64,000 nt of DNA from Candidatus Hermodarchaeota archaeon (GTDB lineage: Archaea > Asgardarchaeota > Hermodarchaeia > Hermodarchaeales > Hermodarchaeaceae), in contig JAEOUH010000029.1 of the NCBI GenBank assembly GCA_016839365.1, forward strand, positions 15,511 through 79,510, given 5' to 3'. The notes under the pieces were generated by a model, which was given only the letters and a program-made list of their open reading frames with translations, searched no databases and was not told where the DNA came from. Within the stretch, counting starts at the first letter, position 1. The number at the start of each line of letters is the position of its first letter. The position numbers and the translations under genes were made by a program. Positions 54,728-64,000 of this stretch are shown in pieces.

Positions 54728-55744
54728 ATGATAACAGTGTACTACACCAAGAACAATGAATTTCGTAAACTAGCGAAGAATGGAGATTTCAAAAAAGTTT
54801 GGCGAGATACTAAATTTATGTGGATATCAGCCGTAAATCCATCCACAGAGGATTATGCAGAGCTTGGTCTATACTTATCAGTTGATTCGAAGAGCCTAGC
54901 CCGGGTCCTCGAACAATCCCAAAGAGGCCGATATCACAGATTCTTCGATTATTCAGCGTTTCATGTACCAACGATGGTAGCAAAACCTGTTCTGCATGCA
55001 GAACCTGCCCTAGTACTTCTTGGAGAAAAAATGGTTGCCACTATTGGAAAGAGCATACCACCTGATGCTATCGTCGAGGTTGAGGAAACTCTTCGAAACC
55101 TTGTGGCAGGGGAACAGGAAGTTGACCCCTCACTAGTGGCTGTAAGAATTGTTCAAGAAATCATTGAACGGAATTTCCTAATCATTAACAATATTGAACA
55201 AGCCACCAAGGAATTGGAAGCACGATATGCTGATATCAATATTAGTGTCCTACTTTCAGAAATTCAACGTATTCGCTCTCTACAAAATGAATTTTATCAA
55301 CACCTGACGGTACAACGACACTTCATCGATATGATGCTTCAACATGTGCCCCGATACCTGCAACTTACCGAGGAGTTGAGAGCCCTACTGGATGTTACAA
55401 TTTCTGAAATTGAACGTCAACAACAGGCGCTCGAAATAAATGGGCGTAACCTCAACGATTTGGTATCATTACACTCAATCCTTCTTGCCAACCGCCTTAA
55501 CCATATCATCGTCATCTTGACGGCAATTACTGTGACTGTAGCTATACCATCCCTCGTAGCTAATCTTTTAGGGATGTATAACGTGTTTTGGCCCTTCCCC
55601 CTGTTTTATTTACCAAATGGCTTTCCCGTCTACACATGGCAAGTTCAATTCCTGATTATTATTCCCACGATTCTCATTCCCCTCATTTGGGTGATTCGGA
55701 AAGGGTGGGTTCAGATCAGTTCACGTGAGCCGCAAAGCAAATAG
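54728..55744 (+). CDS. CorA-family divalent cation transporter (variant signature)
   Basis: WISAVNP, long stalk helix, NRLNHIIVILT, P..VANLLGMYN, two C-terminal TM helices. Confidence 0.85.
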   Translation: MITVYYTKNNEFRKLAKNGDFKKVWRDTKFMWISAVNPSTEDYAELGLYLSVDSKSLARVLEQSQRGRYHRFFDYSAFHVPTMVAKPVLHAEPALVLLGEKMVATIGKSIPPDAIVEVEETLRNLVAGEQEVDPSLVAVRIVQEIIERNFLIINNIEQATKELEARYADINISVLLSEIQRIRSLQNEFYQHLTVQRHFIDMMLQHVPRYLQLTEELRALLDVTISEIERQQQALEINGRNLNDLVSLHSILLANRLNHIIVILTAITVTVAIPSLVANLLGMYNVFWPFPLFYLPNGFPVYTWQVQFLIIIPTILIPLIWVIRKGWVQISSREPQSK

Positions 55745-55768
55745 CTCAACCCTACATTTGACTTCAAC

Positions 55769-56716
55769 TTGTCAATTAGAAACAAAGAGGTTGAATTACC
55801 ATTGGCACAATCCAGCAAGTTCATCCCATTCAATCAACTAGTACGTAAGTTCATCCCCGATGGAAGTCACGTCTACCTCGAAGGGTTATTAGTTAATCGA
55901 TTACCCATGGCTGTGATCCATGAATTAATTCGAGCAAAAGTCCGTAATCTTCGCGTCGTTAGTGCGCCCAATGGGCTAGCCATCGACCAGCTAATTGGTG
56001 CAGGCTGCGTTGCAGAACTAGAATTCTACTTCCTTGGATTCATGACCCAAAACGGCTTTGCCATGATGCATCGGTTCCGTGATGCGGCTGAACAGGGAAC
56101 TATTCAGGTGAAAGAAAGTATGGGCTATGCCATTTGTATGGCTCTACGAGCAGGAGCTTATGGCATTCCCTTCATGCCTTTACCAGATTTTCGCGGTTCA
56201 GATTTACTTTCGATTCGAAACGATTATCAAATCATGCAGTCACCCTATGACCCGAATAACACGGTCATTACTGTGCCAGCCTTACGCCCCGATGTTCTCA
56301 TACTTCATGCACATGCAGCAGATAGCAGGGGAAACATATTCCTTGATGAACCCTGGACCACATTCACCCTAACCACAGCCCAAGCATGTGAGAAAGTTGT
56401 GGTCACTGTCGAAGACATCATTGAATCAGACACCTTAGATCCGAGTTGCATCACGATTCCCCATTTTCTTATCGATGCCATTTCGCAGGTCCCGTATGGT
56501 GCGGCTCCCACTGCGCTGAACCACCGTTATGAGGTGGATCAAGCACATATCTCAGTTTATTTAGAAAAAGCAAAAACCGCCGAGGGATTTGACCAATATC
56601 GGGACGAATACATCATTTCGTGTTCTAATCATGCTGCATTTATGCAGAAGACGGGATTCCCCCCACCGTGGAAACCTTACGATAGTGAAGATAGTCTAAG
56701 GGAGGGAGACAGGTGA
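55769..56716 (+). CDS. CoA-transferase-fold subunit A (GctA/AibA-like)
   Basis: IPDG, RLPMA, LIGAGCV, LRAGAYGIPFMP, PDV.ILHA..AD.RGN, PYGAAPT. Confidence 0.85.
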   Translation: MSIRNKEVELPLAQSSKFIPFNQLVRKFIPDGSHVYLEGLLVNRLPMAVIHELIRAKVRNLRVVSAPNGLAIDQLIGAGCVAELEFYFLGFMTQNGFAMMHRFRDAAEQGTIQVKESMGYAICMALRAGAYGIPFMPLPDFRGSDLLSIRNDYQIMQSPYDPNNTVITVPALRPDVLILHAHAADSRGNIFLDEPWTTFTLTTAQACEKVVVTVEDIIESDTLDPSCITIPHFLIDAISQVPYGAAPTALNHRYEVDQAHISVYLEKAKTAEGFDQYRDEYIISCSNHAAFMQKTGFPPPWKPYDSEDSLREGDR

Positions 56717-57501
56717 CCAGAAAAATCGTCGATTACGAATTTGATGAGTTAATTCTCTCTACGCTCGCTCGTCAGTTACAGGATGGCGACCGAGTTTTCA
56801 CGGGAGTAGCAAGTCCTGTTCAAATGCTTGCAACGTTGCTTGCGAAAGCAACGCATGCTCCGAATTTAATATATTTCACCATACTCGGGGCCATCAACCC
56901 AGATCCTAATCCACGACCCTTTTCGACCGGTGATCCCCACCTCTTTGATTGTTGTGAAAATGCGATAACATTTCCAGAGATTTTCGACTTGGCTAATAAC
57001 GGTCGAATGGATGTGGCGTTTCTTGGTGGAGTACAGATTGACCAATTTGGTAGTTTGAACATGAGTATTATAGGGAAAGACTACAACCAGCCGAAAGTCC
57101 GTTTACCAGGTGGGGCTGGAGGACCCTTGATGATTCGAACCTTCCGACGTATCGTGTCATGGCGACCAAACCATAGCCCACGTAATCTAGTGGAAAAGGT
57201 TCCTTTTATAACGAGCCCAGGATGGATTCCAGCGGCGAAAGGGATACGCAATGGAGGACCCGATGTCATCGTCACCGATTTATGTGTATTCAAACTTAGC
57301 AGGGAGAATAACCGAATTCGCCTAGAATCCCTACATCGTGGGATAACGTTAGAACAGGTAAAACAACAGACAGGGTTTGCCTTTGAGGTTCCCAATAAGA
57401 TACCAGAAACCGCACCTCCCTCAAAAAAGGAAATTAACACCTTATCAGTTCTAATCGATCCAGATGGAATCCGAAAATCCCTTCTCAAACCCCCTCAATA
57501 G
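56713..57501 (+). CDS. CoA-transferase-fold subunit B (GctB/AibB-like)
   Basis: LARQLQDG, TGVASP, ATHAP, FLGGVQIDQFG..N, RLPGGAG, VTDLCVF, TGF; overlaps subunit A by GTGA. Confidence 0.85.
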   Translation: MTRKIVDYEFDELILSTLARQLQDGDRVFTGVASPVQMLATLLAKATHAPNLIYFTILGAINPDPNPRPFSTGDPHLFDCCENAITFPEIFDLANNGRMDVAFLGGVQIDQFGSLNMSIIGKDYNQPKVRLPGGAGGPLMIRTFRRIVSWRPNHSPRNLVEKVPFITSPGWIPAAKGIRNGGPDVIVTDLCVFKLSRENNRIRLESLHRGITLEQVKQQTGFAFEVPNKIPETAPPSKKEINTLSVLIDPDGIRKSLLKPPQ

Positions 57502-57522
57502 GAGGAAAGAATTACAGAGGAC

Positions 57523-57537
57523 ACAAATGTTTATAAG
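57523..57537 (+). promoter_or_regulatory. BRE/TATA promoter of rpo5
   Basis: ACAAATG-TTTATAAG about 50 nt upstream of ATG 57586. Confidence 0.5.
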
Positions 57538-57585
57538 TGGTTTTTCCACTGTCGCGAATCGACCGCGGGAAACATAGCATATTGT

Positions 57586-58149
57586 ATGGTGAGAGTTGTG
57601 TTAACAGATAATCAATTCAATTATCTTAAGCGACTAATAGAACGCCGTGGATATGAAATCACTAAAAGAATCGAGGGGGAAAAAGAGGGGATAATCGATA
57701 TACACGCAAAATCCACCAGGAAGGCTAAACAAACGCTCTTAATTCGCGTCATCCTTGATACTCCAACTGTTGGTGTTGAAATTCTACGTAACACAATCAA
57801 GGAGCGTGACAATGGAGAATTTTCCTACGCGATAATCATTGGTGGAGAACGATACACGTATGCAGCTCGTCGTGAAGCAAAGGAAATGGATGTTGAACTG
57901 TTGCACCGTCGATTTTTGTCAATCGACTTGTTCTTACACGAATTAGTTCCTGAACATGACATCATAACCGATAAAGAAATTGACGAAGTCGAGAAAGAGT
58001 ATGGGATAAGCCGTGAACAATTACCACGAATCAAAGCTGGTGATCCTGCAGCGAAGGCAATTGGTGCTCGACCTGGAGATGTCATTCGGATTGTCCGAAA
58101 ATCAGAAACCGCGGGTCGCCACGTCGTTTATCGTTACTGTGTTCCCTAA
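57586..58149 (+). CDS. rpo5: RNA polymerase subunit Rpo5/RpoH with Rpb5-like N-terminal domain
   Basis: HELVPEH, QLPRIKAGDPAAKAIGARPGDVIRIVRKSETAGR..YRYCV, plus about 110 aa of extra N-terminal domain. Confidence 0.93.
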   Translation: MVRVVLTDNQFNYLKRLIERRGYEITKRIEGEKEGIIDIHAKSTRKAKQTLLIRVILDTPTVGVEILRNTIKERDNGEFSYAIIIGGERYTYAARREAKEMDVELLHRRFLSIDLFLHELVPEHDIITDKEIDEVEKEYGISREQLPRIKAGDPAAKAIGARPGDVIRIVRKSETAGRHVVYRYCVP

Positions 58150-58151
58150 GT

Positions 58152-59129
58152 TCATGCCCCTTCATATTCCCTAAGAAACCTTTCTAACTCGAGTTCAGAT
58201 GGAAGGGCGGTCATCGCCCCTAATTTTGTGGTTACGAGAGATGCAATTGCAGTTCCCTGTTTTACAGCCGCTTCAAGGGATAGACCACGAACAAGCCCTA
58301 CAATAAGACCGGCATCAAATCCATCCCCTGCACCAGTCGCATCTACCACCTTTACATTAAAGGAGGGCTGAGAAAACTGCCTTAAATCACCTTCTGATTT
58401 CTCTTCAGAAATCAAAACACCATGAGCCCCTCGTTTTACACAGACGATTGATGGCCCCAGTCTATGAGTTTTCGCAATTGCGTCCCCAACATCCTGTGTC
58501 GCCATGATCGTTAGTAGTTCTTCCTGAGAGGGAAGAAAGATGTCTGTATAGGCAAGTAAGGCATGCATCTGTTCTCGACAAGCCGAAAGGTCTTGGGACC
58601 AAAGTGCTAACCGAAGATTGGGATCAAAGGTTACCCTTGCACCGCTGTTCTTTGCAAGTTTTGCGGCCTGGATAGTAGTTGTGCGGCTGGGTTCACGGGT
58701 CAAGCTGACCCCACCGACATGGAGAAATCGCAGATGCTGGAACCAGTCCCGTGGAAGATCTGATTCCGTGAGAAGCGTATCTGCGCACGGATCTCGATAA
58801 AAAAGAAAATGGGGATCCCCCGATTCAGAACGACTCACGAACGCAAGTGCTGTGGGGGCTTCAGATGTTTGAAGGATTGCAGAGGTATCGACACCATTTT
58901 CCTTCAGCGTCGATATCAAGAATGCTCCAAAGGTATCCGCACCCACCTTGCCAATGAAGCTACAGGGTACACCTAATCGGGCTATTCCCACTGCAACATT
59001 CGCTGGGGCCCCACCCGGTGCTCGCTGAAACGAATGTACTTTGTCTAGGGTTCCAATCTGCTCAGCGATAAAATCAATTAGGACTTCACCTAAGCAAGCA
59101 ACCATTGGGAAAGAGCTAGAGCTTGTCAT
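58152..59129 (-). CDS. PfkB family carbohydrate kinase (fructokinase-like)
   Basis: GEVLID, PGGAPANVA, FDPNLR, DATGAGDGF. Confidence 0.93.
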   Translation of the reverse strand: MTSSSSFPMVACLGEVLIDFIAEQIGTLDKVHSFQRAPGGAPANVAVGIARLGVPCSFIGKVGADTFGAFLISTLKENGVDTSAILQTSEAPTALAFVSRSESGDPHFLFYRDPCADTLLTESDLPRDWFQHLRFLHVGGVSLTREPSRTTTIQAAKLAKNSGARVTFDPNLRLALWSQDLSACREQMHALLAYTDIFLPSQEELLTIMATQDVGDAIAKTHRLGPSIVCVKRGAHGVLISEEKSEGDLRQFSQPSFNVKVVDATGAGDGFDAGLIVGLVRGLSLEAAVKQGTAIASLVTTKLGAMTALPSELELERFLREYEGA

Positions 59130-59156
59130 CAGGTTGTCAATCCAATCTTCAACGAT

Positions 59157-59927
59157 TTAAAAGGTGAATGTCGATTTATCCTCGCCCACATGGATATCGC
59201 CATCGAAGTATCTTGCTGCGCCTATTACCAGATTTTGAGCATCACGGTACCGTGCCCTGCTAGTATGAATTAACACTAGGGTTTGAACTTCTGCCTTCGC
59301 GGCATCCATTCCTGCCCCCTCTGGACTAGAATGCCCTTTTGCCATTGCAAAGCTGTGCACGGCCGTGGGAAACGTAGTGTCATGGAACAAAGCTCGAGCG
59401 CCCTTAGCTAGAGCCAACAATGTTTTACAATTTGGGGCCGTATCCGGCACAATAACAACTTTGGTGTTCCCTTGGAGTATGCCATAACCTGCAGCCATGG
59501 TGGTATGGCAGGCGGCAGCGGCCCATATTTCAGTGTTGGATTTGGGGAGTGTGATAATATGTTCAGGTTCATCCGGTGTAAAGGTTTCGAAATTAACAAA
59601 CTCGGGAATGCCTTTTGGATTATAGAATCGGATGAATCCTGTGATGTGGTAAAAAGCGTTGACGGGACAATAGATTGTAAGGGGTTTTTTTCGGTTGTTG
59701 CGCTTCATCCGTCGTAAGAGTGCGCCGAGGAACATTATATGGTCGGAGTGTCTGTGGGTAATGAAGATGTGGTTTACTGTGAGTACGTCTTTCCGTAATC
59801 CAAGAAGACGTCGAGTTCCTGCATCGATGAGAATGCGGTCCCTGTTTCCAAGGTTGATTAGGAAACTCGACCAACTCCCTTTGATTGTGGGAATAAATGA
59901 GGAACTTCCTAACACTTCAATTTGCAT
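59157..59927 (-). CDS. RNase Z/ElaC-like MBL-fold hydrolase (short, no evident flexible arm)
   Basis: ILIDAG, THRHSDH, CHT, PDT, HDTTF, GHSS, LIH. Confidence 0.8.
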   Translation of the reverse strand: MQIEVLGSSSFIPTIKGSWSSFLINLGNRDRILIDAGTRRLLGLRKDVLTVNHIFITHRHSDHIMFLGALLRRMKRNNRKKPLTIYCPVNAFYHITGFIRFYNPKGIPEFVNFETFTPDEPEHIITLPKSNTEIWAAAACHTTMAAGYGILQGNTKVVIVPDTAPNCKTLLALAKGARALFHDTTFPTAVHSFAMAKGHSSPEGAGMDAAKAEVQTLVLIHTSRARYRDAQNLVIGAARYFDGDIHVGEDKSTFTF

Positions 59928-60008
59928 GAAGAAATGGCACTTCCTGGTTACCGGGATTTGACCGACTCTGCAGAGAATGGGTAGTTCCTATTCTAAAATA
60001 TTAAGGAA

Positions 60009-60611
60009 TTACCGTTTGACATTCTCAGCAGGTACATCTTCATCTGGCTGTGTTTTCTCATCGAGGCGAGAAATAGATTCATATGACTCGATTCGAGCAA
60101 CCACATAGAGAATAATCGCATAAAGCCATTGATTGCTAGGTTGTGCTTCACATTCAATTTGGAATCCCAACGGCTCAGGTTTTTCCTTGAACCGAAGATA
60201 GGCAACTGAACCGCGTATAGCTCGAAGCAGAACGATCTCCGGGCTTAAAGTTGAAAATCGAGCAATCGTCTCACGTTGTTGATTTCGCACAGAAACTACC
60301 GGAGAGTTCAGGGCATGTAGAATAGATAGTAACTCTTGCCTATCCTCAAAGAGTGTGTAGCGGAGCACATCTCTCACAGCTGTAGTCCTTATTCGCAGTG
60401 GACTGACCTTTTGCTTATTTTCAGGAAGAAGCTTGAATTGAGGCGGTGTCGTTGGATGTTTGAGAACAGTGAAGAGAGGGGTTCCATCGCCCTCTCCAAT
60501 CTGCAGCTTCCATCCATTTGGATGTAAAGCAGGCTTTAGAATATAGTTCTTTGTTCGTTTGGAACTCTTGGAAGATTTTACGGTCTTCACTATTTCATGA
60601 GGTCGTGCCAT
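60009..60611 (-). CDS. Hypothetical protein, possible LURP-one/scramblase (tubby-like) fold
   Basis: Repeated short beta-hairpin pattern with a single C-terminal hydrophobic helix (WLYAIILYVVARIE). Confidence 0.5.
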   Translation of the reverse strand: MARPHEIVKTVKSSKSSKRTKNYILKPALHPNGWKLQIGEGDGTPLFTVLKHPTTPPQFKLLPENKQKVSPLRIRTTAVRDVLRYTLFEDRQELLSILHALNSPVVSVRNQQRETIARFSTLSPEIVLLRAIRGSVAYLRFKEKPEPLGFQIECEAQPSNQWLYAIILYVVARIESYESISRLDEKTQPDEDVPAENVKR

Positions 60612-60633
60612 TTATGCAACCACAGAGGTTCAG

Positions 60634-62247
60634 TTAAGGTAGGGGTGGATGGATTCTTTGACCGCGAGGATATTCGACAAAGAAAGAGTAGGTTATTTTA
60701 GCCTCATCTTCTTTGGGAATTTCAATCTCCCAAGTTAGGACACCCAATTCATCTTTCGTTGGCGCCGGGGAGAATTTCCGATCTTCAACTTTGATGATTT
60801 CTGAGTCACTATGAGGGGTCCGATCCATGATCTTGACCTCGCTCTTTTTCTTCCGGAAGTTCTTAAGGGTTAATTCATAGGCATATTCGCGGGCTACGTT
60901 CCCTTTGAGTAGGCCCTTCTTCTCAGTGCTTTTAGACACCAACTTTTTCTCTACTTTGAGTTCATATGAGAAACGCATGCCTACATCGACTTTTTCATGA
61001 GGAGCAATGAGGTTGAGGTGCGTTTCGCCTAGATATTCATCCTGGAAATAGATGCGTGCTCTTCCGGGAAGCAAGACACTATCCCCATTTTCTATAGTGG
61101 TTACTTCAATTGCTTCCGCGAAATCCACCGCATTCCAGAAGAATTTCCGGTCAGCTTCCAGTTGGATGCGACTGGTTGGGAAAGCATGGGGTTCGCCATC
61201 AGCAGGGACTTTGACTGGGTCAGGAAGCACAAAGACATAAACCCCACCAACTTCCATGGCTGTTGCAGTAATAGGTTGTGGAGCCATGTCTGGGAGTGGT
61301 TCTTCAGCAGCTATTGCAAGCTCTTCAAGTTCAGCTTCATCCCTTGCGGCCCCAGAAGCAGCGGGTGCGGCCATCTTCATCTCTTTAGCCATAGACCTTC
61401 GGGCACGAGGGGGTGGTGGAGCGTAAATCGATATATAATAAGGAGAGGGTTCTGAGATAGTTGCTGTGCGTCGAGAGGCGGTGGAGACTGTAAGATTGAC
61501 CTTATCCCAATCCTCTTGGGTGTTATTTTGGACCACCGTGTACATTGTCACATCAGTTGTTTCCTCAGAGAGGACAAAATCATAAGTTGGTTCCCAGTAA
61601 GCGTTACTTACGAAATAGGAGATCGTGAATTCACATTTTCCGAGTTTATGAGCTTCAACGTTGACAAGCACACTATTGGTGATTTCATATTGGTTGACTT
61701 CGCTGCGAAACTTGTCGATTTCTCTGTTGAGAATCGCTATCTCTTTTTGCACCTTTTCGATGTCGTCCCGCAGTTTGATTTGGAATTTATGTAAGTTATC
61801 GAGTTGTGTTGTCACTAGGGCTTCCAATGAGCTAAGTCGGTCGACGTCACTTTCTCCGGCTGGAATCCACCGGGAAAATTCAGGGGCAGAATTGTCCAGC
61901 ACTTGTGTATAAAAACTCATACGTCGGGTAACGCGTTCGAGTTCGCTTTGATATTTGGTTAATTGTTTTTGTAAATCCTCGCGTTTCTTGACGAGGTCAG
62001 CAAGTTTTGAATAGCCACTCACTTCGACGGTAGTATCAATTGCGTCGAAACTTACGATAGTGGCATAGCCCCGACCTGAAACTCGAACGCTTTCCTTATC
62101 TAAAAAGCGGGTAAGGTTGGCGATTTCGAGTTTGTGGGTACCCGGATTGAGTTCTATTGATCCGGTCCGCTCGATTTTGGCACCATTGCGATAAATCGTG
62201 ACTGACTTTATTTTAGTATCTAGTTTGGGTAATTTTGCCAATTCCAT
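60634..62247 (-). CDS. DUF4140/DUF4139 (MuiA-like) protein
   Basis: I.SVTIY..GA.I.R, coiled coil, SY.V.NA.W.PTYD, QNNTQEDW..V.L.VST, LLPG.A. Confidence 0.88.
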   Translation of the reverse strand: MELAKLPKLDTKIKSVTIYRNGAKIERTGSIELNPGTHKLEIANLTRFLDKESVRVSGRGYATIVSFDAIDTTVEVSGYSKLADLVKKREDLQKQLTKYQSELERVTRRMSFYTQVLDNSAPEFSRWIPAGESDVDRLSSLEALVTTQLDNLHKFQIKLRDDIEKVQKEIAILNREIDKFRSEVNQYEITNSVLVNVEAHKLGKCEFTISYFVSNAYWEPTYDFVLSEETTDVTMYTVVQNNTQEDWDKVNLTVSTASRRTATISEPSPYYISIYAPPPPRARRSMAKEMKMAAPAASGAARDEAELEELAIAAEEPLPDMAPQPITATAMEVGGVYVFVLPDPVKVPADGEPHAFPTSRIQLEADRKFFWNAVDFAEAIEVTTIENGDSVLLPGRARIYFQDEYLGETHLNLIAPHEKVDVGMRFSYELKVEKKLVSKSTEKKGLLKGNVAREYAYELTLKNFRKKKSEVKIMDRTPHSDSEIIKVEDRKFSPAPTKDELGVLTWEIEIPKEDEAKITYSFFVEYPRGQRIHPPLP

Positions 62248-62350
62248 CTACCTCGATACCTATGAATCTGAGATTGCCTTCAGGCTAGGAATTTGTAGGT
62301 AAAAACCTTCTGTTCTTCTGCTCTTTCGGACTTGACGCTTGAGAGGCCTA

Positions 62351-63094
62351 CTATAGTGTATATTCCTCGATTAATGGAATATCGGTTCGTGGGAGAAGGT
62401 GAAGAAGGCTGAGCCCCACAGTCACAGTAAACAAGGCTCCAAGTACAACCTTTGTCGGTGTGACAATCCCTGCGGTAAGCCATAGCCAATAGAGGGCCTC
62501 AGGGGTTAATCCATAAAAGAGCCAATATGTCTGTCCAGGAACAAGGAGAAAGACCCGGAAAAGAATGTCAGCCTCTAGTCCGATAATGGCGGAAAAAAGG
62601 AGCAGCAACCATATTTTGGACTGGCGATTTTTGGGCCACCAATCACGACTAATAAGCAGTGAGAAGAGAAGGAGAAGTCCATAGGCTAAGAGAATGTCCC
62701 AGATACCGATTAGCGGTAACAGCCATGTCACCGGGTACAGAAAGTAAGTGGCGAGTAATAGGGTGTAAATGATGAGTACAGGTTTCCATCGACGTTGAAA
62801 GATGAGGGCAGAACAGGCGGTTCCTATTACTGCACCAAACATGAAGAGGAGCTCAAAGGGATCTCGGAAGTAGATAATATGACCCAACATACTACCCAGT
62901 CCAACAGCAGCTAGGCTAAAGAGCGGACCAAGTAAAACACCGATGAGTGGAGCAAGGAGAAAAATCCAAGAGTCCCAAATACCGCCATAGAATACGCGGG
63001 GCATGGGAATTATATCAAAGACAGTGACTAGTGCAATGAAGAGTGCTAGATAGGCAACTATGCGGCTGCGGTTGTCTCCGATTGCCAGCACCAT
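62351..63094 (-). CDS. Membrane protein, ECF transporter S-component-like
   Basis: A.LALF.AL N-terminal helix, APLIGVLLGP motif, 6-7 TM. Confidence 0.6.
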   Translation of the reverse strand: MVLAIGDNRSRIVAYLALFIALVTVFDIIPMPRVFYGGIWDSWIFLLAPLIGVLLGPLFSLAAVGLGSMLGHIIYFRDPFELLFMFGAVIGTACSALIFQRRWKPVLIIYTLLLATYFLYPVTWLLPLIGIWDILLAYGLLLLFSLLISRDWWPKNRQSKIWLLLLFSAIIGLEADILFRVFLLVPGQTYWLFYGLTPEALYWLWLTAGIVTPTKVVLGALFTVTVGLSLLHLLPRTDIPLIEEYTL

Positions 63095-63153
63095 AACGTC
63101 CGCACACCTTTACCTTTAGAATTAAAGCTGTCGCTATATTCAATCAGATGTGG

Positions 63154-63852
63154 TCAAAGCACTTGCCTGGCGAATTGTAATGAGAGGCTGATTTCGCGCT
63201 GTCCATCTTTCATAGCAATTCCCATATGTCCAGGGAGTAGCATATCAACGGGCAGTTCAGCTAGGCGTTCAATAGATCGTTTCAAAAGCATTCCACTCCC
63301 AGTGGGGAAGTCCACTCGCCCAAAGGAACCATGACGAAACACGACATCGCCAGAAATCAGAAGCTTATGTTGGGGCTCAAAGAAACAAAGGCTTCCAGCA
63401 CTGTGACCTGGTGTCAACAACACCTGAAAGGAATAGGCACCCACTTTGATGACATCCCCATCGTGGAGTTTCTTTGCCACCGGAATGGGGGGTAAGGTTT
63501 GGCCTAACATACTCCCTAAAACGATTGTATCATCACCTTTCTCTAATAGAACACCTTCCTCTTCAGACACCCAGACTTCAAGATCCTTTAATCGTCCTTT
63601 AAACTCAGGGGTTGACCCGGAATGGTCCAGATGGGTGTGTGTAAGGATTAACCGATCCATTTGCTTGAGTTTCAATCCAAGCTCTTCGATGGCCGCAACG
63701 GTGTCTTTAAAGAAATGTTGGATTCCTGCATCAAAGAGCACAAAGTGATCACCGTCTTTGACTAAGAAGATGTTACTATCAGGAAGCATCCCTTCACGTG
63801 CAACAATCCAGTAGAACCCATCTAACACTTTATGAACCAGTTTTGCAGCCAT
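63154..63852 (-). CDS. MBL-fold metallo-hydrolase (glyoxalase II-like)
   Basis: THTHLDHSG, TPGHSAGS, SGD, GRVDFPTG, LPGH. ATG 63852 preferred. Confidence 0.92.
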   Translation of the reverse strand: MAAKLVHKVLDGFYWIVAREGMLPDSNIFLVKDGDHFVLFDAGIQHFFKDTVAAIEELGLKLKQMDRLILTHTHLDHSGSTPEFKGRLKDLEVWVSEEEGVLLEKGDDTIVLGSMLGQTLPPIPVAKKLHDGDVIKVGAYSFQVLLTPGHSAGSLCFFEPQHKLLISGDVVFRHGSFGRVDFPTGSGMLLKRSIERLAELPVDMLLPGHMGIAMKDGQREISLSLQFARQVL

Positions 63853-64000
63853 AATCAACAACGCCATAATCATGAGGGGTAATGCGGAGCGGGGGGATCA
63901 TCTAGCGCTCTGTCCGTTGACCTCCATCAAAAGCTTTTGCCACTAACCGGGTATGATTTTAACCTCTTTTCTTTATATGTCCCCATAATATCCAGACCTA

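Noticed and set aside
63874-63925. GC-rich hairpin (CGGAGCG/CGCTCTG, GAGG/CCTC) as riboswitch or SECIS
   Set aside because: No recognisable consensus, no selenoprotein candidate nearby, and context is cut by the window edge.
1-64000. CRISPR arrays, rRNA, IS elements, prophage
   Set aside because: No regularly spaced repeats, rRNA-like tracts, transposases or viral hallmark genes seen; almost all sequence is accounted for by CDS.

Overview
Gene-dense chromosomal window from an anaerobic archaeon, most likely an Asgard lineage (inference). It carries archaeal core genes (psmA, argS with tRNA-Arg(TCG), FBP aldolase/phosphatase, type II map, porCDAB) and two eukaryote-like proteins. The standout is a three-gene minus-strand operon (43353-48497). 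It encodes a 914-aa all-helical repeat protein, a divergent tubulin-superfamily GTPase, and a 336-aa helical protein of unknown function. The GTPase has tubulin-type T4/T5/T7 motifs and an apparent H11-H12 C-terminal hairpin, but a short FtsZ/CetZ-type N-terminus. The operon converges on a coiled-coil/winged-helix gene, and a second such gene lies about 5 kb beyond the operon's start. Other oddities: a stand-alone Rpo5 with the eukaryotic Rpb5 N-terminal jaw domain, an AibA/AibB-like CoA-transferase-fold pair without the catalytic Glu, an ArcE/cDPGS-family P-loop enzyme, an SHMT homologue lacking the folate loop, an NYN protein with a degenerate active site, a CorA with GMYN instead of GMN, and a structured ~450-nt intergenic region. 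I saw no CRISPR array, rRNA, transposase or integrase. All calls come from motif recognition by eye, with reference sequences recalled from memory; no searches were run.
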